Source: Mycoplasmatota bacterium (GTDB lineage Bacteria > Bacillota_I > Bacilli_A > MAG-NZ). Taken from it: DNA of 64,000 bases. The position numbers and the translations under genes are program-made. Below are positions 19,876 through 30,381 of the stretch, in pieces (within the stretch, counting starts at the first letter, position 1; the number at the start of each line of letters is the position of its first letter). The stretch is taken from the NCBI GenBank assembly GCA_018394315.1, contig CP074575.1:2016615-2080614 (forward strand), in the 5' to 3' direction. The notes beneath the pieces were generated by a model. It saw only the letters and a program-made list of their open reading frames with translations. It made no database searches and was not told where the DNA came from.

Positions 19876-21156
19876 CTATAGTGTACTGCTATCAATTTCA
19901 CCTGATTTTTGTAATGCAACTTTTACACCAAATGGTCCGAACAATTCATAAACTACTGTAGCAGCTAAAACAATTGTTATTACAGTTGTCCCAGCTTCTC
20001 CATGTAACGTAGTGTTTGCTGCATTTGCCATACCAATCGCTACACCTGCTTGAGGTAATAAAGTGATACCTAACCATTTTCTTACATTAGGATGTGCTTT
20101 AGTAACAACTGCTCCAAACCATGATCCAAATAACTTACCAACAATACGAGTAATAATATAAATAACACAAAGAACTGCTACACTTACACCAACAACACCA
20201 GTTCCTTCTCCAATATTAGTTAATACTGATAAATCTAAATGTGCACCTGCTAAAGTGAAGAAGGCAATTAATATAACTGGGTTAAATGAGTCGACCACTG
20301 ATACTGTATGGTGTAACTCACTATTTTTAATAGTATTTGCAAAAGTCATTCCAGCTACCATCGGAGTTAAGATAATTGATAAATGTTGTCCGAAAATCCC
20401 TATTTGAGCAACAGCCACTGAAATAATTATCGCAACTACCGATATAACCAATAAGTACTCATGCGAATGATGTTTCTCAAATTTAAGCGCTATTTTAATT
20501 AATAATCCAATAATTAAACCTACTACCACAGATAAAAGAATCTCCATTAGTGGTGCCTTTATCAACTCTGAAAAATTATCACTATGACCTGTATATAATG
20601 ATGCTCCAACTGATAATAAAATACCGAATACAACAATACCAATAGCATCATCTAATCCTACTAAAGGTAACATTGTACTAGTTACAGGACCTTTTGCCTT
20701 ATATTTCTTTGTTAACATCATGATTGGCCCAGGAGCTGTTGCAGTTGCTATTGCTCCTAAAATAAGTGCTAACCATAAAGGTGCTCCTACTACTAATATT
20801 GCTACTAAAACGAATACCACGGCGAACAAAGCTTGTAAAATAGTAATGATTACAACTTGGACTCCTGTTTCCTTAAGGTTTCTAAATAGGATTTCAGACC
20901 CAATGCCAAATGCAATAAATCCTAATGCTATATTTGTAATTATACTTAACCCTTCCATACTCTCATGAGATACTAATCCTAGGACACTAGGTCCTATAAC
21001 GATCCCAGCTACTAAGTATCCAGTTATATGAGGGATTTTTATCTTTTCAAATAATCTTCCTGCATACATCCCAATAACAATAACTAATCCTAAACTTAAA
21101 AGTGTTGTGTAAATACTTCCCTCTGCTCCTGCTGAAGCACTTAATAAATAATTCAT
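19876..21156 (-). CDS. Cation:proton antiporter (Na+/H+ exchanger family)
   Basis: IPHITGY, ATATAP, LDDA, PQAGVAIG; start at ATG 21156. Confidence 0.88.
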   Translation of the reverse strand: MNYLLSASAGAEGSIYTTLLSLGLVIVIGMYAGRLFEKIKIPHITGYLVAGIVIGPSVLGLVSHESMEGLSIITNIALGFIAFGIGSEILFRNLKETGVQVVIITILQALFAVVFVLVAILVVGAPLWLALILGAIATATAPGPIMMLTKKYKAKGPVTSTMLPLVGLDDAIGIVVFGILLSVGASLYTGHSDNFSELIKAPLMEILLSVVVGLIIGLLIKIALKFEKHHSHEYLLVISVVAIIISVAVAQIGIFGQHLSIILTPMVAGMTFANTIKNSELHHTVSVVDSFNPVILIAFFTLAGAHLDLSVLTNIGEGTGVVGVSVAVLCVIYIITRIVGKLFGSWFGAVVTKAHPNVRKWLGITLLPQAGVAIGMANAANTTLHGEAGTTVITIVLAATVVYELFGPFGVKVALQKSGEIDSSTL

Positions 21157-21331
21157 CGTGTTTTCCCTCTTCAATCTGATTTTAGTTTACGTGGTTTGTA
21201 TACGCACTACAAACCTACTCGTGTATTATTATACTACCCAAGGACTGAGATTTCAACAACCTTTTGTCGTTTTTGATTCTTCTCTGTCAAATACTTCTAG
21301 CTAAAAGAAAAACTCAAGTTTTACTTGAGCC

Positions 21332-22336
21332 TTATTTATCTATAACAGTAATCCACCCCTCTGGAGCATCTATATCTCCAAACTGGATACCAACAAGTGT
21401 ATCATATAATTTTTGTGTTACTTCACCAACAATTTCTCCACTCTCAAATTGATGTACCCAATCTTCATGAGCAATAGCATTTATTGGAGTTATAATAGCA
21501 GCAGTACCACAAGCACCTGCTTCCTTAAATTCTTTCAAGTTATTAATGAAACAGTCTCTTTCCTCAGCTTCTAAACCTAAATAATTCTTAGCTAAATAAA
21601 GTAATGAATATTTAGTTATACTCGGCAGAATAGAATTAGAAGTCGGTGTAACAAACTTATTATCATGAGTAATTCCGAAGAAATTAGCTGCACCTACTTC
21701 TTCTATTTTTGTATGTGTTTTAGGATCTAAATAAATACAATCAGCATATCCATTTTTAACTGCTTCCTTCTTAGGTAAGAAACTTGCAGAATAGTTCCCT
21801 CCAACTTTTACACTTCCTGTACCATTTGGAGCAGCTCTATCAAAATCAGATGTTTTAAAAGAAACTGGACTTAATCCATCTGAGAAGTATGTTCCTACTG
21901 GTAATCCAAAGACAACAAACAAAAATTCAGTAGCAGATTTAACTCCAATATTCTCACCTACGCCTATAACAAAAGGTCTTAAGTAAAACGTTTCACCAAT
22001 TCCATACTTTGGTATAACGTCTAAATTAGCTAAAGCTACTTGTTTGCAAGCATCTATGAACATACTCTCTGGTATCTCAGGCATTAACAATCTTCGACAA
22101 CTCGTGTTAAGTCTCTTAGCATTATCTTGTGCTCTAAATAATTGTAGTTTTCCATCTTTTGTAGGGTAAACTTTAAGACCCTCAAAGCATTGTTGACCAT
22201 AATGTAATGCAGGGGAAGACTCATTTATATGTAAAATATTATCTTCAGTTAAAACCCCCTCACTCCACTCTCCATCTTTCCATCTAGAAATATATCTAAA
22301 TGGAGTTTTTTGATAATTAAAACCAATATTTCCCAT
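21332..22336 (-). CDS. ilvE: Branched-chain amino acid aminotransferase
   Basis: LHYGQQCFEGLK, YLRP, KVGGNY, ILPSIT, CGTAA. Confidence 0.95.
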   Translation of the reverse strand: MGNIGFNYQKTPFRYISRWKDGEWSEGVLTEDNILHINESSPALHYGQQCFEGLKVYPTKDGKLQLFRAQDNAKRLNTSCRRLLMPEIPESMFIDACKQVALANLDVIPKYGIGETFYLRPFVIGVGENIGVKSATEFLFVVFGLPVGTYFSDGLSPVSFKTSDFDRAAPNGTGSVKVGGNYSASFLPKKEAVKNGYADCIYLDPKTHTKIEEVGAANFFGITHDNKFVTPTSNSILPSITKYSLLYLAKNYLGLEAEERDCFINNLKEFKEAGACGTAAIITPINAIAHEDWVHQFESGEIVGEVTQKLYDTLVGIQFGDIDAPEGWITVIDK

Positions 22337-22477
22337 CTTCTTCTCCTAAAATTTTATATTTTCACTTTAGTAAAAATTAACCACTAATACTATAACATTA
22401 TATTACGACAAACTCAATGAAATCGCTTACTTTTTTATAAGAAAGAAAAGGAAGAAATTAACTTCTTCCTTTAGTAT

Positions 22478-23716
22478 CTAATACCAACCTCTTAATTTCA
22501 TTACAGAAGCAATTTTTTTGATTGAATGCATGAACGCTGCTTGTCTCATATCTTTAATGTTTTCTTTTTCCATTAAATTCACGATTTCATCAAACGCTCT
22601 AACCATTATTTGTTCTTCTTCTTCAAGTACCATTTCTTTTGACCAGTAATGTCCATATAAGTTTTGACTCCACTCGAAGTATGATACTGTAACCCCACCA
22701 GCATTTGCTAGTACATCAGGGATAACAAAGATTCCATTATCTAATAAGATTTTATCTGCTTCAGGTGTTGTTGGTCCATTTGCACCTTCAGAAATTATTT
22801 TACAATCAATAACATGTGCATTTTCTTTTGTAATTGAATTTTCTAATGCACATGGTAAGAAGATATCACATTTTGTAGTAAATACTGCATCTCTATCTTT
22901 AACTTCTACACCAGGAAAATCTGATACTTTGTTTCCTTTTGCTACAAATTCCATTAATGCTGGAATATCAATTCCATCTTCTTTATATATACTTCCGTAT
23001 ACATCAGAAACTGCAATTACTTTTGATCCCCAACTTTGTAATAATTCTGCAGCATAACTACCAACGTTACCAAATCCTTGTACTACTGTCGTACTTCCTT
23101 TTAGGTTTAAGTTGATTTTTTCTGCAGCTTTTCTTACCATGAATGATACACCATATCCAGTTGCTTCAGTTCTACCTAGTGAACCACCTAATTCAACTGG
23201 TTTACCTGTTAAATGTCCACCTTGATTTTTACTAGTAATTGTATTAGCTTCATCAATCATCCAAGCCATTACTTGAGGATTAGTGTTAACGTCTGGCGCG
23301 GGTATATCTTTAAATTGTCCAATTTCATTATGGAATGCTCTCATCCACCCTCTTGAAACTTTTTCAAGTTCTCTTCTTGACAAATCACGTGGGTCAACAA
23401 CAACTCCACCTTTACCTCCACCATAAGGTAATCCAACTACACTACACTTAAAAGTCATCCATGCACTTAACGCTTTAACTTCATCAGCTGTTACGTCTTG
23501 ATGGAAACGTAATCCACCTTTGTTTGGTCCTAATGCATCATTGTGTTGAGATCTGAAACCTTTAAAAATTTTGATACTTCCATCGTCCATTCTCACCGGG
23601 AACGTGTACTCATAAAATCTTTTTGGCTCTTTCAATAAATGATAAACAATTGGATCTAAGTCCATCTTTTCTAGAGCGCTTTTAATTTGTGATTGTACCA
23701 TTTCTAATGGATTCAT
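22478..23716 (-). CDS. gdhA: Glu/Leu/Phe/Val dehydrogenase (glutamate dehydrogenase)
   Basis: KGGLRFH, GGGKGG, DIPAPD, QGFGNVG, EGANGP, NAGGVTVSYFEW; RBS AGGAGG before ATG 23716. Confidence 0.92.
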   Translation of the reverse strand: MNPLEMVQSQIKSALEKMDLDPIVYHLLKEPKRFYEYTFPVRMDDGSIKIFKGFRSQHNDALGPNKGGLRFHQDVTADEVKALSAWMTFKCSVVGLPYGGGKGGVVVDPRDLSRRELEKVSRGWMRAFHNEIGQFKDIPAPDVNTNPQVMAWMIDEANTITSKNQGGHLTGKPVELGGSLGRTEATGYGVSFMVRKAAEKINLNLKGSTTVVQGFGNVGSYAAELLQSWGSKVIAVSDVYGSIYKEDGIDIPALMEFVAKGNKVSDFPGVEVKDRDAVFTTKCDIFLPCALENSITKENAHVIDCKIISEGANGPTTPEADKILLDNGIFVIPDVLANAGGVTVSYFEWSQNLYGHYWSKEMVLEEEEQIMVRAFDEIVNLMEKENIKDMRQAAFMHSIKKIASVMKLRGWY

Positions 23717-23935
23717 AATATTCCTCCTACTTATGAATTGTTTTTTTACAACTAAATATAACATTTTAAAACCGTATTTACAACACTTTTTTTGAAATGT
23801 TTTTTACATAATTTTACCGCAAAAATTCATTGAGTGATTTTTTAGAGCTATCAGTCGTAAAATGGCATAGTAATGCGAAAAAAAGAACTTGTAAATGTCT
23901 ACAAGTTCTTAAAAATTTATGTTCATAATTTCATA

Positions 23936-25177
23936 TTAAATTAGTTTGTGTACGAATAAACCGCTTCTTAATTTAGGTTCAAACCATGTAGACTTAGCTG
24001 GCATTGTCTCTCCACTATCAGAAACATCCATAATATCAGTCATTTTAACAGGATATAAAGCAATTGCTACTTCGTACTCTTTTGAGTCAACTAAACTTTC
24101 TAACTCTTCCAATCCCCTAATTCCACCGACAAAATGAATTCTACTAGACTTTCTTGGATCCTCTATTCCTAATATAGGTTGAAGTAAATTATTCTGTACT
24201 ATAGCTGCATCTAATGAATTAACAGGATGATTCTTATCATAGGAATCTTCTTTCGCAGTTAACTTATACCAAACATTATCTAAATATAGTCCATATTTAT
24301 GTTTACTCTCAGGACGATAAACAGTACCAACTTCCTCAAGCAAGAAACTCTTTTTAACTTCAGTTAGAAATTCTTCCTTAGACTTACCATTTAAATCTTT
24401 TACTACTCTATTATAATCCATAATATATAAATGACTCTCAGGGAAAATAACGCTCATGAAGAAGTTAAATTCTTCATCGCCTTTATACTCTGGATTTTCT
24501 TCTCGTCTTTTTAATCCCACTTTAGCACTTGAAGCACTTCTATGGTGACCATCAGCTATATAAAGATTATCGATATTAGCAAATAAGCTACTAATTCTTT
24601 CATTTACGCTTTCATCCGAAACAACCCAAACAATATGACTTATTCCATCTTCAGAAACAAAATCATAAACTGGCTTGTTGCTAGTAGTCCATACATCTAA
24701 AATGTTTTGTAACTCTTCATCATCACGGTATGTTAAAAAGATTGGAGCAGTATTCGCATCACAATAATCAAAATTATTAATGCGGTCAATTTCTTTCTTC
24801 GGTAAAGTAAATTCATGTTTCTTAATTACATCATTCAAATAATCATCTATAGAAGTACAAGCAACAAATCCAGTCTGCTCTCTAGTGTCCATTATTTGAC
24901 GGTAAATGTAAAACAGTGGTTTTTCATCTTGAACAAGTGTTCCCTCTTTCTGGAAACGATCTAAATTCTCTTTTGCTTTCAAATAAACATCTTCATCATA
25001 TTGGTTTACGTTAGGTAAGTCAATTTCACTTCTTACAATATGAAGAAAGCTAAACGGATTACTTTCAGCCATTTTAGCTGCTTCTTCTCTATTCATTACA
25101 TCATAAGGTAGTGATGCAATTTTTTCGACTAAATCAGGATTAGGTCTGATAGCCTTAAACGGTTTTACAATAGCCAT
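23936..25177 (-). CDS. DUF1015 family protein
   Basis: PYDV, IKKHE, YIADGHHR, MPAKSTWFEPKLRSGL. Confidence 0.9.
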   Translation of the reverse strand: MAIVKPFKAIRPNPDLVEKIASLPYDVMNREEAAKMAESNPFSFLHIVRSEIDLPNVNQYDEDVYLKAKENLDRFQKEGTLVQDEKPLFYIYRQIMDTREQTGFVACTSIDDYLNDVIKKHEFTLPKKEIDRINNFDYCDANTAPIFLTYRDDEELQNILDVWTTSNKPVYDFVSEDGISHIVWVVSDESVNERISSLFANIDNLYIADGHHRSASSAKVGLKRREENPEYKGDEEFNFFMSVIFPESHLYIMDYNRVVKDLNGKSKEEFLTEVKKSFLLEEVGTVYRPESKHKYGLYLDNVWYKLTAKEDSYDKNHPVNSLDAAIVQNNLLQPILGIEDPRKSSRIHFVGGIRGLEELESLVDSKEYEVAIALYPVKMTDIMDVSDSGETMPAKSTWFEPKLRSGLFVHKLI

Positions 25178-25187
25178 AAAATTTCTC

Positions 25188-26096
25188 CTATAAAATTTCT
25201 TTTATTATATTAATAGTTTCAATCCCAATTCTATCCTGAGCTTCGCTAGTTGAAGCCCCAATATGTGGAGTAAGTGAGATTTTAGGATGAGTATAAATCG
25301 CTTCGTTTCTAGTTGGTTCTTCTTCAAATACGTCTAAAGCAGCCGCAGCAACTTTTCCGCTATCAAGTGCTCTAATTAATGCATCTTCAGATACCACTTT
25401 ACCTCTTGCGGTATCAACTAAATAAACTCCATCCTTCATCTTCTGAAATTCATTATCTCCTATTACAGTTCCTACTTCTTTAATGAAAGGAATATGTAAA
25501 GATATAAAATCTGAATTAGCATATAATTCATCTAAATCTACAAATTTACACTCAGGGACTAATGAACTTTCACCCGATATATCAAAGTAAATAACATCCA
25601 TTCCTAAAGCAAGTGCTCTTTTAGCTACTTCTCTAGAAATTCTACCAAAGCCAACTAAACCTAAAGTTTTACCAGCCAATTCAATTCCCTTATAGGCTTT
25701 CTTATTCCATTCTCCATTTCTCATAGTCACGTTAGAAATATAGATATATCTTGCTAAACTAAACATATGCCCAATCGCTAATTCAGCAACTGCAGCACTT
25801 GAAGCACTTGGAGTATTTCTTACAATGAAACCTTTACTTTCAGCATACTTAACATCAATATTATCTAACCCAACACCAGCACGGATCATTAATCTTAGTT
25901 TACTACCTACAGCTTTATCAATTAAACTCTCTCTTATTTTAGTCGCACTTCTTATAATAATACACTCTACTTCTTGTATTCGTTTCTCTAACTCTTCTCC
26001 CTCATAATGATTAGTATCAACAACATAACCTAACTTTTCTAGTTCAAGTTTAGCGTTAGCTGCAATACCATCATTAGCTAAAATTATTCTACTCAT
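25188..26096 (-). CDS. D-2-hydroxyacid dehydrogenase, 3-phosphoglycerate dehydrogenase-like (no ACT domain)
   Basis: RAGVGLDN, GFGRI, ARG, LDVFEEEP, TPHIGAST; ATG 26096 overlaps the upstream stop (TAATG). Confidence 0.88.
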   Translation of the reverse strand: MSRIILANDGIAANAKLELEKLGYVVDTNHYEGEELEKRIQEVECIIIRSATKIRESLIDKAVGSKLRLMIRAGVGLDNIDVKYAESKGFIVRNTPSASSAAVAELAIGHMFSLARYIYISNVTMRNGEWNKKAYKGIELAGKTLGLVGFGRISREVAKRALALGMDVIYFDISGESSLVPECKFVDLDELYANSDFISLHIPFIKEVGTVIGDNEFQKMKDGVYLVDTARGKVVSEDALIRALDSGKVAAAALDVFEEEPTRNEAIYTHPKISLTPHIGASTSEAQDRIGIETINIIKEIL

Positions 26097-27166
26097 TATA
26101 GCCCCCATATATCCTCAATTTCTTTTAATAGTGATAATAAATCTTCAGTTTTTCTATCTGCCATATGAGCTATACGGAACGCTTTTTCTTTTAAAGCTCC
26201 ATATCCATTAGAAATCATATATCCTCGCTTAGCTAATTCTTTATTCAACTCCGCAATGCCATTTCCTTTAGTGTTTAAAATACAGCTTACTGTATTAGAT
26301 AAATAATTTTCATTAGCATATAAAGCAAAATGTTTCTTAGCCCAAGCTCTTACAATTTCAGCTTGCTCAATATGACGATTAAATCTATTCTCTAATCCTT
26401 CTTCATTAAGAATTCTATCTAATTGGTAATCTAATGCAAACATATGTGGTGTTGTTGGTGTAGATGGATATTGATAAGCAGATTTCGCCTTATCATAAAC
26501 TGATACTAAATTAAAGTACCATCCTCTATTTTCAACAGTTTGCGCTCTTTCATATGCTTTGTCAGATACACTCGCAACCGCTAATCCTGGAGGTAATCCT
26601 AAACATTTTTGCGTAGATGCAACGCAGAAATCAATGTTACATTTATCTACTTCTACTTTTGCTCCACCTAAACTCGAAACAGTATCAACACAGAAAATAA
26701 CATCAGGATATTTGCTTACTACTTGCCCAATTTCGTATACTGGATTCATAATTCCAGAAGAAGTTTCATTATGAGTTACTGTAACTAAATCATACTTCCC
26801 AGTTTTAAGAGCTTCTTCTACCATCTCAGGAGTAGTTGGCTCTCCATCTTCAGACTTAAAATGGTCAGCTGGAATATTATTGCTAGTAGCCATTTTATAC
26901 CAACGATCTCCAAACGCACCAACGCTGAACACTGCAGCACGCTTTTTAGTACAACTTCTAATTGCCATCTCCATTAATCCACTACCAGAACTTGTACTTA
27001 ATATAATTGTGTTTTTAGTGTACATTAACTTTTGTAGATTCTCACTTATAGATCTTTGTAACTCAGTTGCTTCCTTAGCTCTATGACCAATCTGTGGAGT
27101 TGCTAATTTCTCCAAAACTTTAGGATCCACGTCAACTGGACCAGGTATAAACAGTTTTTTATACAT
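26096..27166 (-). CDS. Class V PLP aminotransferase (serine-pyruvate / phosphoserine aminotransferase-like)
   Basis: FIPGP, HNETSSG, DTVSS, STQKCLGLPPG, FRIAHM. Confidence 0.9.
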   Translation of the reverse strand: MYKKLFIPGPVDVDPKVLEKLATPQIGHRAKEATELQRSISENLQKLMYTKNTIILSTSSGSGLMEMAIRSCTKKRAAVFSVGAFGDRWYKMATSNNIPADHFKSEDGEPTTPEMVEEALKTGKYDLVTVTHNETSSGIMNPVYEIGQVVSKYPDVIFCVDTVSSLGGAKVEVDKCNIDFCVASTQKCLGLPPGLAVASVSDKAYERAQTVENRGWYFNLVSVYDKAKSAYQYPSTPTTPHMFALDYQLDRILNEEGLENRFNRHIEQAEIVRAWAKKHFALYANENYLSNTVSCILNTKGNGIAELNKELAKRGYMISNGYGALKEKAFRIAHMADRKTEDLLSLLKEIEDIWGL

Positions 27167-27265
27167 TTTATCCTCCTATTTAATTGATTTCACTTGTATT
27201 ATACATTAATTAGGTTGCTTATCATAGTATTATTATAAAAAAAAAATTAGAGAACTTTCTCTAAT

Positions 27266-27472
27266 TTATAGTGTACTAGATTCTTTTACAGGAAGAACCA
27301 AGGCAAAAATAATATAAAGTAATATTCCTGTACCTGCTCCAAATACCGCGACTAACCAAAGTATTCTAACTAAAGTAACATCAATATCAAAATACTCAGC
27401 AAATCCCGCACATACGCCAGCTAATTTAGCTTCACTCCTATTTCTATATAACCTCTTCTCCATATCGCTCAC
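27266..27472 (-). CDS. pspC: PspC domain protein
   Basis: KRLYR...LAGVCAGFAEYF.ID.TLVR. Confidence 0.9.
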   Translation of the reverse strand: MSDMEKRLYRNRSEAKLAGVCAGFAEYFDIDVTLVRILWLVAVFGAGTGILLYIIFALVLPVKESSTL

Positions 27473-27513
27473 CTCATTAAAATTATATCATATCAATTAG
27501 GAAATTTGTAATA

Positions 27514-28362
27514 TTATATTCTTAGGTTATTCTTAAAATTATATATACCACTTAAAATTATAATAATCCCACCTAAGATCGAAAACATATCTGGAATATC
27601 ATCAAAAAACGTATAGGTCATAATTAAAGCAAATATTATACTTGAATAATTATAGATAGATATTCTTGAGGCTTCAGCATACTTATATGCACTCGTCATT
27701 AGGACTTGAGCAGCTGTAGCTGATAGTCCCATAAGAATCAGACCTAGTGCCTGTCTAAAATCAGGAATTACTATTTCATTACCAAGTAATATAATGAATG
27801 TCATGACTGAAGTAAATAATGAAAAGTAAAAAACAATTATACTTGGCGAGACTTTACCACTTATGCTTCTTATAGCCGTATACGCCCCTCCTGCAAAAAC
27901 TGCAGAAACTAATGCTGCCAAAGCAGGTAGCATAGAAAAATCAAAAGTAGGTTTAATTACAAACAATGCTCCAAGAAATGCAAATATAATTGAAATAACT
28001 TGGTACTCCTTCAACTTTTCTTTTAGTAATAACACTGAAAATAATATAACGAAGAATGGATTAAGTTTATTAAGAATAGCCGCATCTGAAAGAATCATAT
28101 TATCAATCGCATAATAATAGGCTATAATCCCCAAGAATCCTAGAAGACACCTAAATAATAAATTAGACCTATGTTCCTTCTCTATAAATAAACTAACGTC
28201 ACCTTTGATTATAATGGGCAAGATAAAAATCACACCTAAAATATTACGTACGAATACCTTTTCATATAATGGAATATCAACCAGTAACTTAACTAGTGTT
28301 GCATTCATTGTAAAAAATAAAGATGATAATATTATCAATGTTACTCCTTTAATATAGTTCAT
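27514..28362 (-). CDS. DMT/EamA family transporter
   Basis: About 10 TM helices, LLKEK, AYKYAEAS. Confidence 0.88.
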   Translation of the reverse strand: MNYIKGVTLIILSSLFFTMNATLVKLLVDIPLYEKVFVRNILGVIFILPIIIKGDVSLFIEKEHRSNLLFRCLLGFLGIIAYYYAIDNMILSDAAILNKLNPFFVILFSVLLLKEKLKEYQVISIIFAFLGALFVIKPTFDFSMLPALAALVSAVFAGGAYTAIRSISGKVSPSIIVFYFSLFTSVMTFIILLGNEIVIPDFRQALGLILMGLSATAAQVLMTSAYKYAEASRISIYNYSSIIFALIMTYTFFDDIPDMFSILGGIIIILSGIYNFKNNLRI

Positions 28363-28432
28363 ATGTACCTCATTTTTTATTCTGATTTATAAAATAAAAG
28401 CTACACAAGTAGTATAGCTCTTATTCTCAAAG

Positions 28433-28675
28433 TTATCGGATTTTTTTAATAAGCCATAAAAGAATTAATGCACCTAATACAGCACCAATAATACTTCCGA
28501 TTAAACCGCTGAAAGAAATACCAATCATACCAAACAACCAGCTACCAAGAAAACTACCTATTAGCCCTACTCCAACATTTTCCCAAAACTTCTTCTTTCT
28601 AGAGTTTGATATTTCACCGGCAATCCACCCTGCAACAAAACCAATGACTATTTTAGTTATTATATATGTAAACAT
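28433..28675 (-). CDS. GlsB/YeaQ/YmgE family stress-response membrane protein
   Basis: IGFVAGWIA, GLIGSFLG, GALILL. Confidence 0.88.
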   Translation of the reverse strand: MFTYIITKIVIGFVAGWIAGEISNSRKKKFWENVGVGLIGSFLGSWLFGMIGISFSGLIGSIIGAVLGALILLWLIKKIR

Positions 28676-28690
28676 TTTATTCTCCTCTTA

Positions 28691-29998
28691 CTAAATTTTC
28701 TTGCTGTTCGCGATATCTTTAAACAGTGTTATACTTTCATTATCTTTAATAATATCTTTCAACGGAACAGTAGGCTTGTTATCATATTCCATAACCTTGC
28801 CTTCCCAAGTTCTAATCACAATATAATCTTTACCCCTAGAAACAACATAATTCGGTAAAATAGGAGTTTTTCCTAATCCCCCTGGAGCGTTTACTATATA
28901 GTAAGGAATTCCTAATCCAGATGTGTAACCTCTTAGATACTCCATAATTTCTAATCCATCATCAATAGATGTGTTAAAATGAGAAATTCCTTTTACATGT
29001 TTATTATGAAATATATAATAGGGTCTTACTCTAATCTTCAAAAGTTCTTGATTTAATAATCTCATGACAAATTTATCATTATTAATCCCATTAAGGAGTA
29101 CCGCTTGATTTCCTAAAACAATCCCTGCGTCAGCAAGTTTTAAGCAAGCCAATTTAGATTCTGGAGTAACTTCTTTAGGATGATTAAAATGTGTATTTAA
29201 ATAAATAGGATGATATTTTTTAAGCATATCAATCAAATCATCTGTAATTCTCTGTGGAAGAGTAACAGGCGTTCGTGTTCCTATTCTTATTATTTCCACA
29301 TGTGGAATCTTTCTCAATTCACTAATAATAAATTCGAGATATTTATCACTTAACATTAATGCGTCCCCACCTGTAAGTAAAACATCTCTAATCTCTTTAT
29401 TCTCTTTTACATAATTAATAGATTCGATTATCTCATCTCGACTAGTATTATTTTCAATATAGTCTATATTTCTTTTTCTTTGACAATGTCTACAATACAT
29501 CGCACATATATTAGTTACGTTAATTATAAGCCTATCTGGATATCTTCTTGTAATTGCACCTGCTGGATTTGTATATTCCTCATTCATTGGATCTAAATCA
29601 CCTTGAACATCAATTATTTCATTTACTAAAGGTATTGACATTAATCTTAATGGATCATAAATATTCGTACTATTCATTAAAGCAGCATAATAAGGTGAAA
29701 CTGCCCATCTTGACTCACTTCCAATTTTTATCAAATCTTTTTTTTCAGCATCAGACAAACTTAAGATAAGACTTAATACTTCGGGATCCTCAATTCTATT
29801 CTTAAGATGCCACTTATAATCATTCCAATCATTCTCAGTAGCATTATAATATTTTAAAATGTTTTGCTTTTTTTCTTTGTAACTTTTTTGTACTTTCTCT
29901 TCATAACCCTTTGGTATAGAATCAATAACTTTTAAGTAATCTTCAATCCTTCCTTTCAGTTCACTTGCTCTCTTGAGTGATACAAGTTTTTTATTCAA
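28691..29998 (-). CDS. eam: Glutamate 2,3-aminomutase (KamA-family radical SAM/PLP enzyme)
   Basis: CAMYCRHCQR, EEYTNPAGAITRRYPDR, LRGYTSG, APGGLGK; N-terminal SLKRASELK extension; lacks the KamA C-terminal Zn cysteines; TTG start 29998 with RBS AGGGGAG. Confidence 0.82.
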   Translation of the reverse strand: MNKKLVSLKRASELKGRIEDYLKVIDSIPKGYEEKVQKSYKEKKQNILKYYNATENDWNDYKWHLKNRIEDPEVLSLILSLSDAEKKDLIKIGSESRWAVSPYYAALMNSTNIYDPLRLMSIPLVNEIIDVQGDLDPMNEEYTNPAGAITRRYPDRLIINVTNICAMYCRHCQRKRNIDYIENNTSRDEIIESINYVKENKEIRDVLLTGGDALMLSDKYLEFIISELRKIPHVEIIRIGTRTPVTLPQRITDDLIDMLKKYHPIYLNTHFNHPKEVTPESKLACLKLADAGIVLGNQAVLLNGINNDKFVMRLLNQELLKIRVRPYYIFHNKHVKGISHFNTSIDDGLEIMEYLRGYTSGLGIPYYIVNAPGGLGKTPILPNYVVSRGKDYIVIRTWEGKVMEYDNKPTVPLKDIIKDNESITLFKDIANSKKI

Positions 29999-30150
29999 AT
30001 AATCTCCCCTTTCAAAAAAAGGTCCCACTTTATTATAACATAGTGAACTAAATATCTTGTCAATATTCCTAGATACCGCTTTTTCAGATGATTTATCAAA
30101 AAACTTACGAAAAAAAAGAACCTTTTGGTTCTTCGACTCTATATTATGCC

Positions 30151-30170
30151 CGGGAAGACAGGATTTGAAC
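30151..30170 (-). repeat. Duplicated 3' portion of tRNA-Pro (att-like direct repeat)
   Basis: CGGGAAGACAGGATTTGAAC identical to 31576-31595; followed on the minus strand by hairpin AAGAACC/GGTTCTT plus U-tract. Confidence 0.9.
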
Positions 30171-30381
30171 TATCGCTTGTATAATTACCTACTTCAATAT
30201 TCATTATTTCTAAGATAAATTAAGCATTATTTAGTGATTGATGATAATTAAGTATTGAGATTATATTATTCACCTACATACATTATAAGATTTATACGGA
30301 ACGATATGTTCTGTTCGACAAATAAATATTTATATTCTAATTACAAAACAAAGTCAATTGAAATTCAATAGCCTATAGATA

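Noticed and set aside
28691..30028. Lysine 2,3-aminomutase or EpmB annotation, and ATG start at 30028
   Set aside because: Sequence features fit glutamate 2,3-aminomutase better; the RBS supports TTG at 29998
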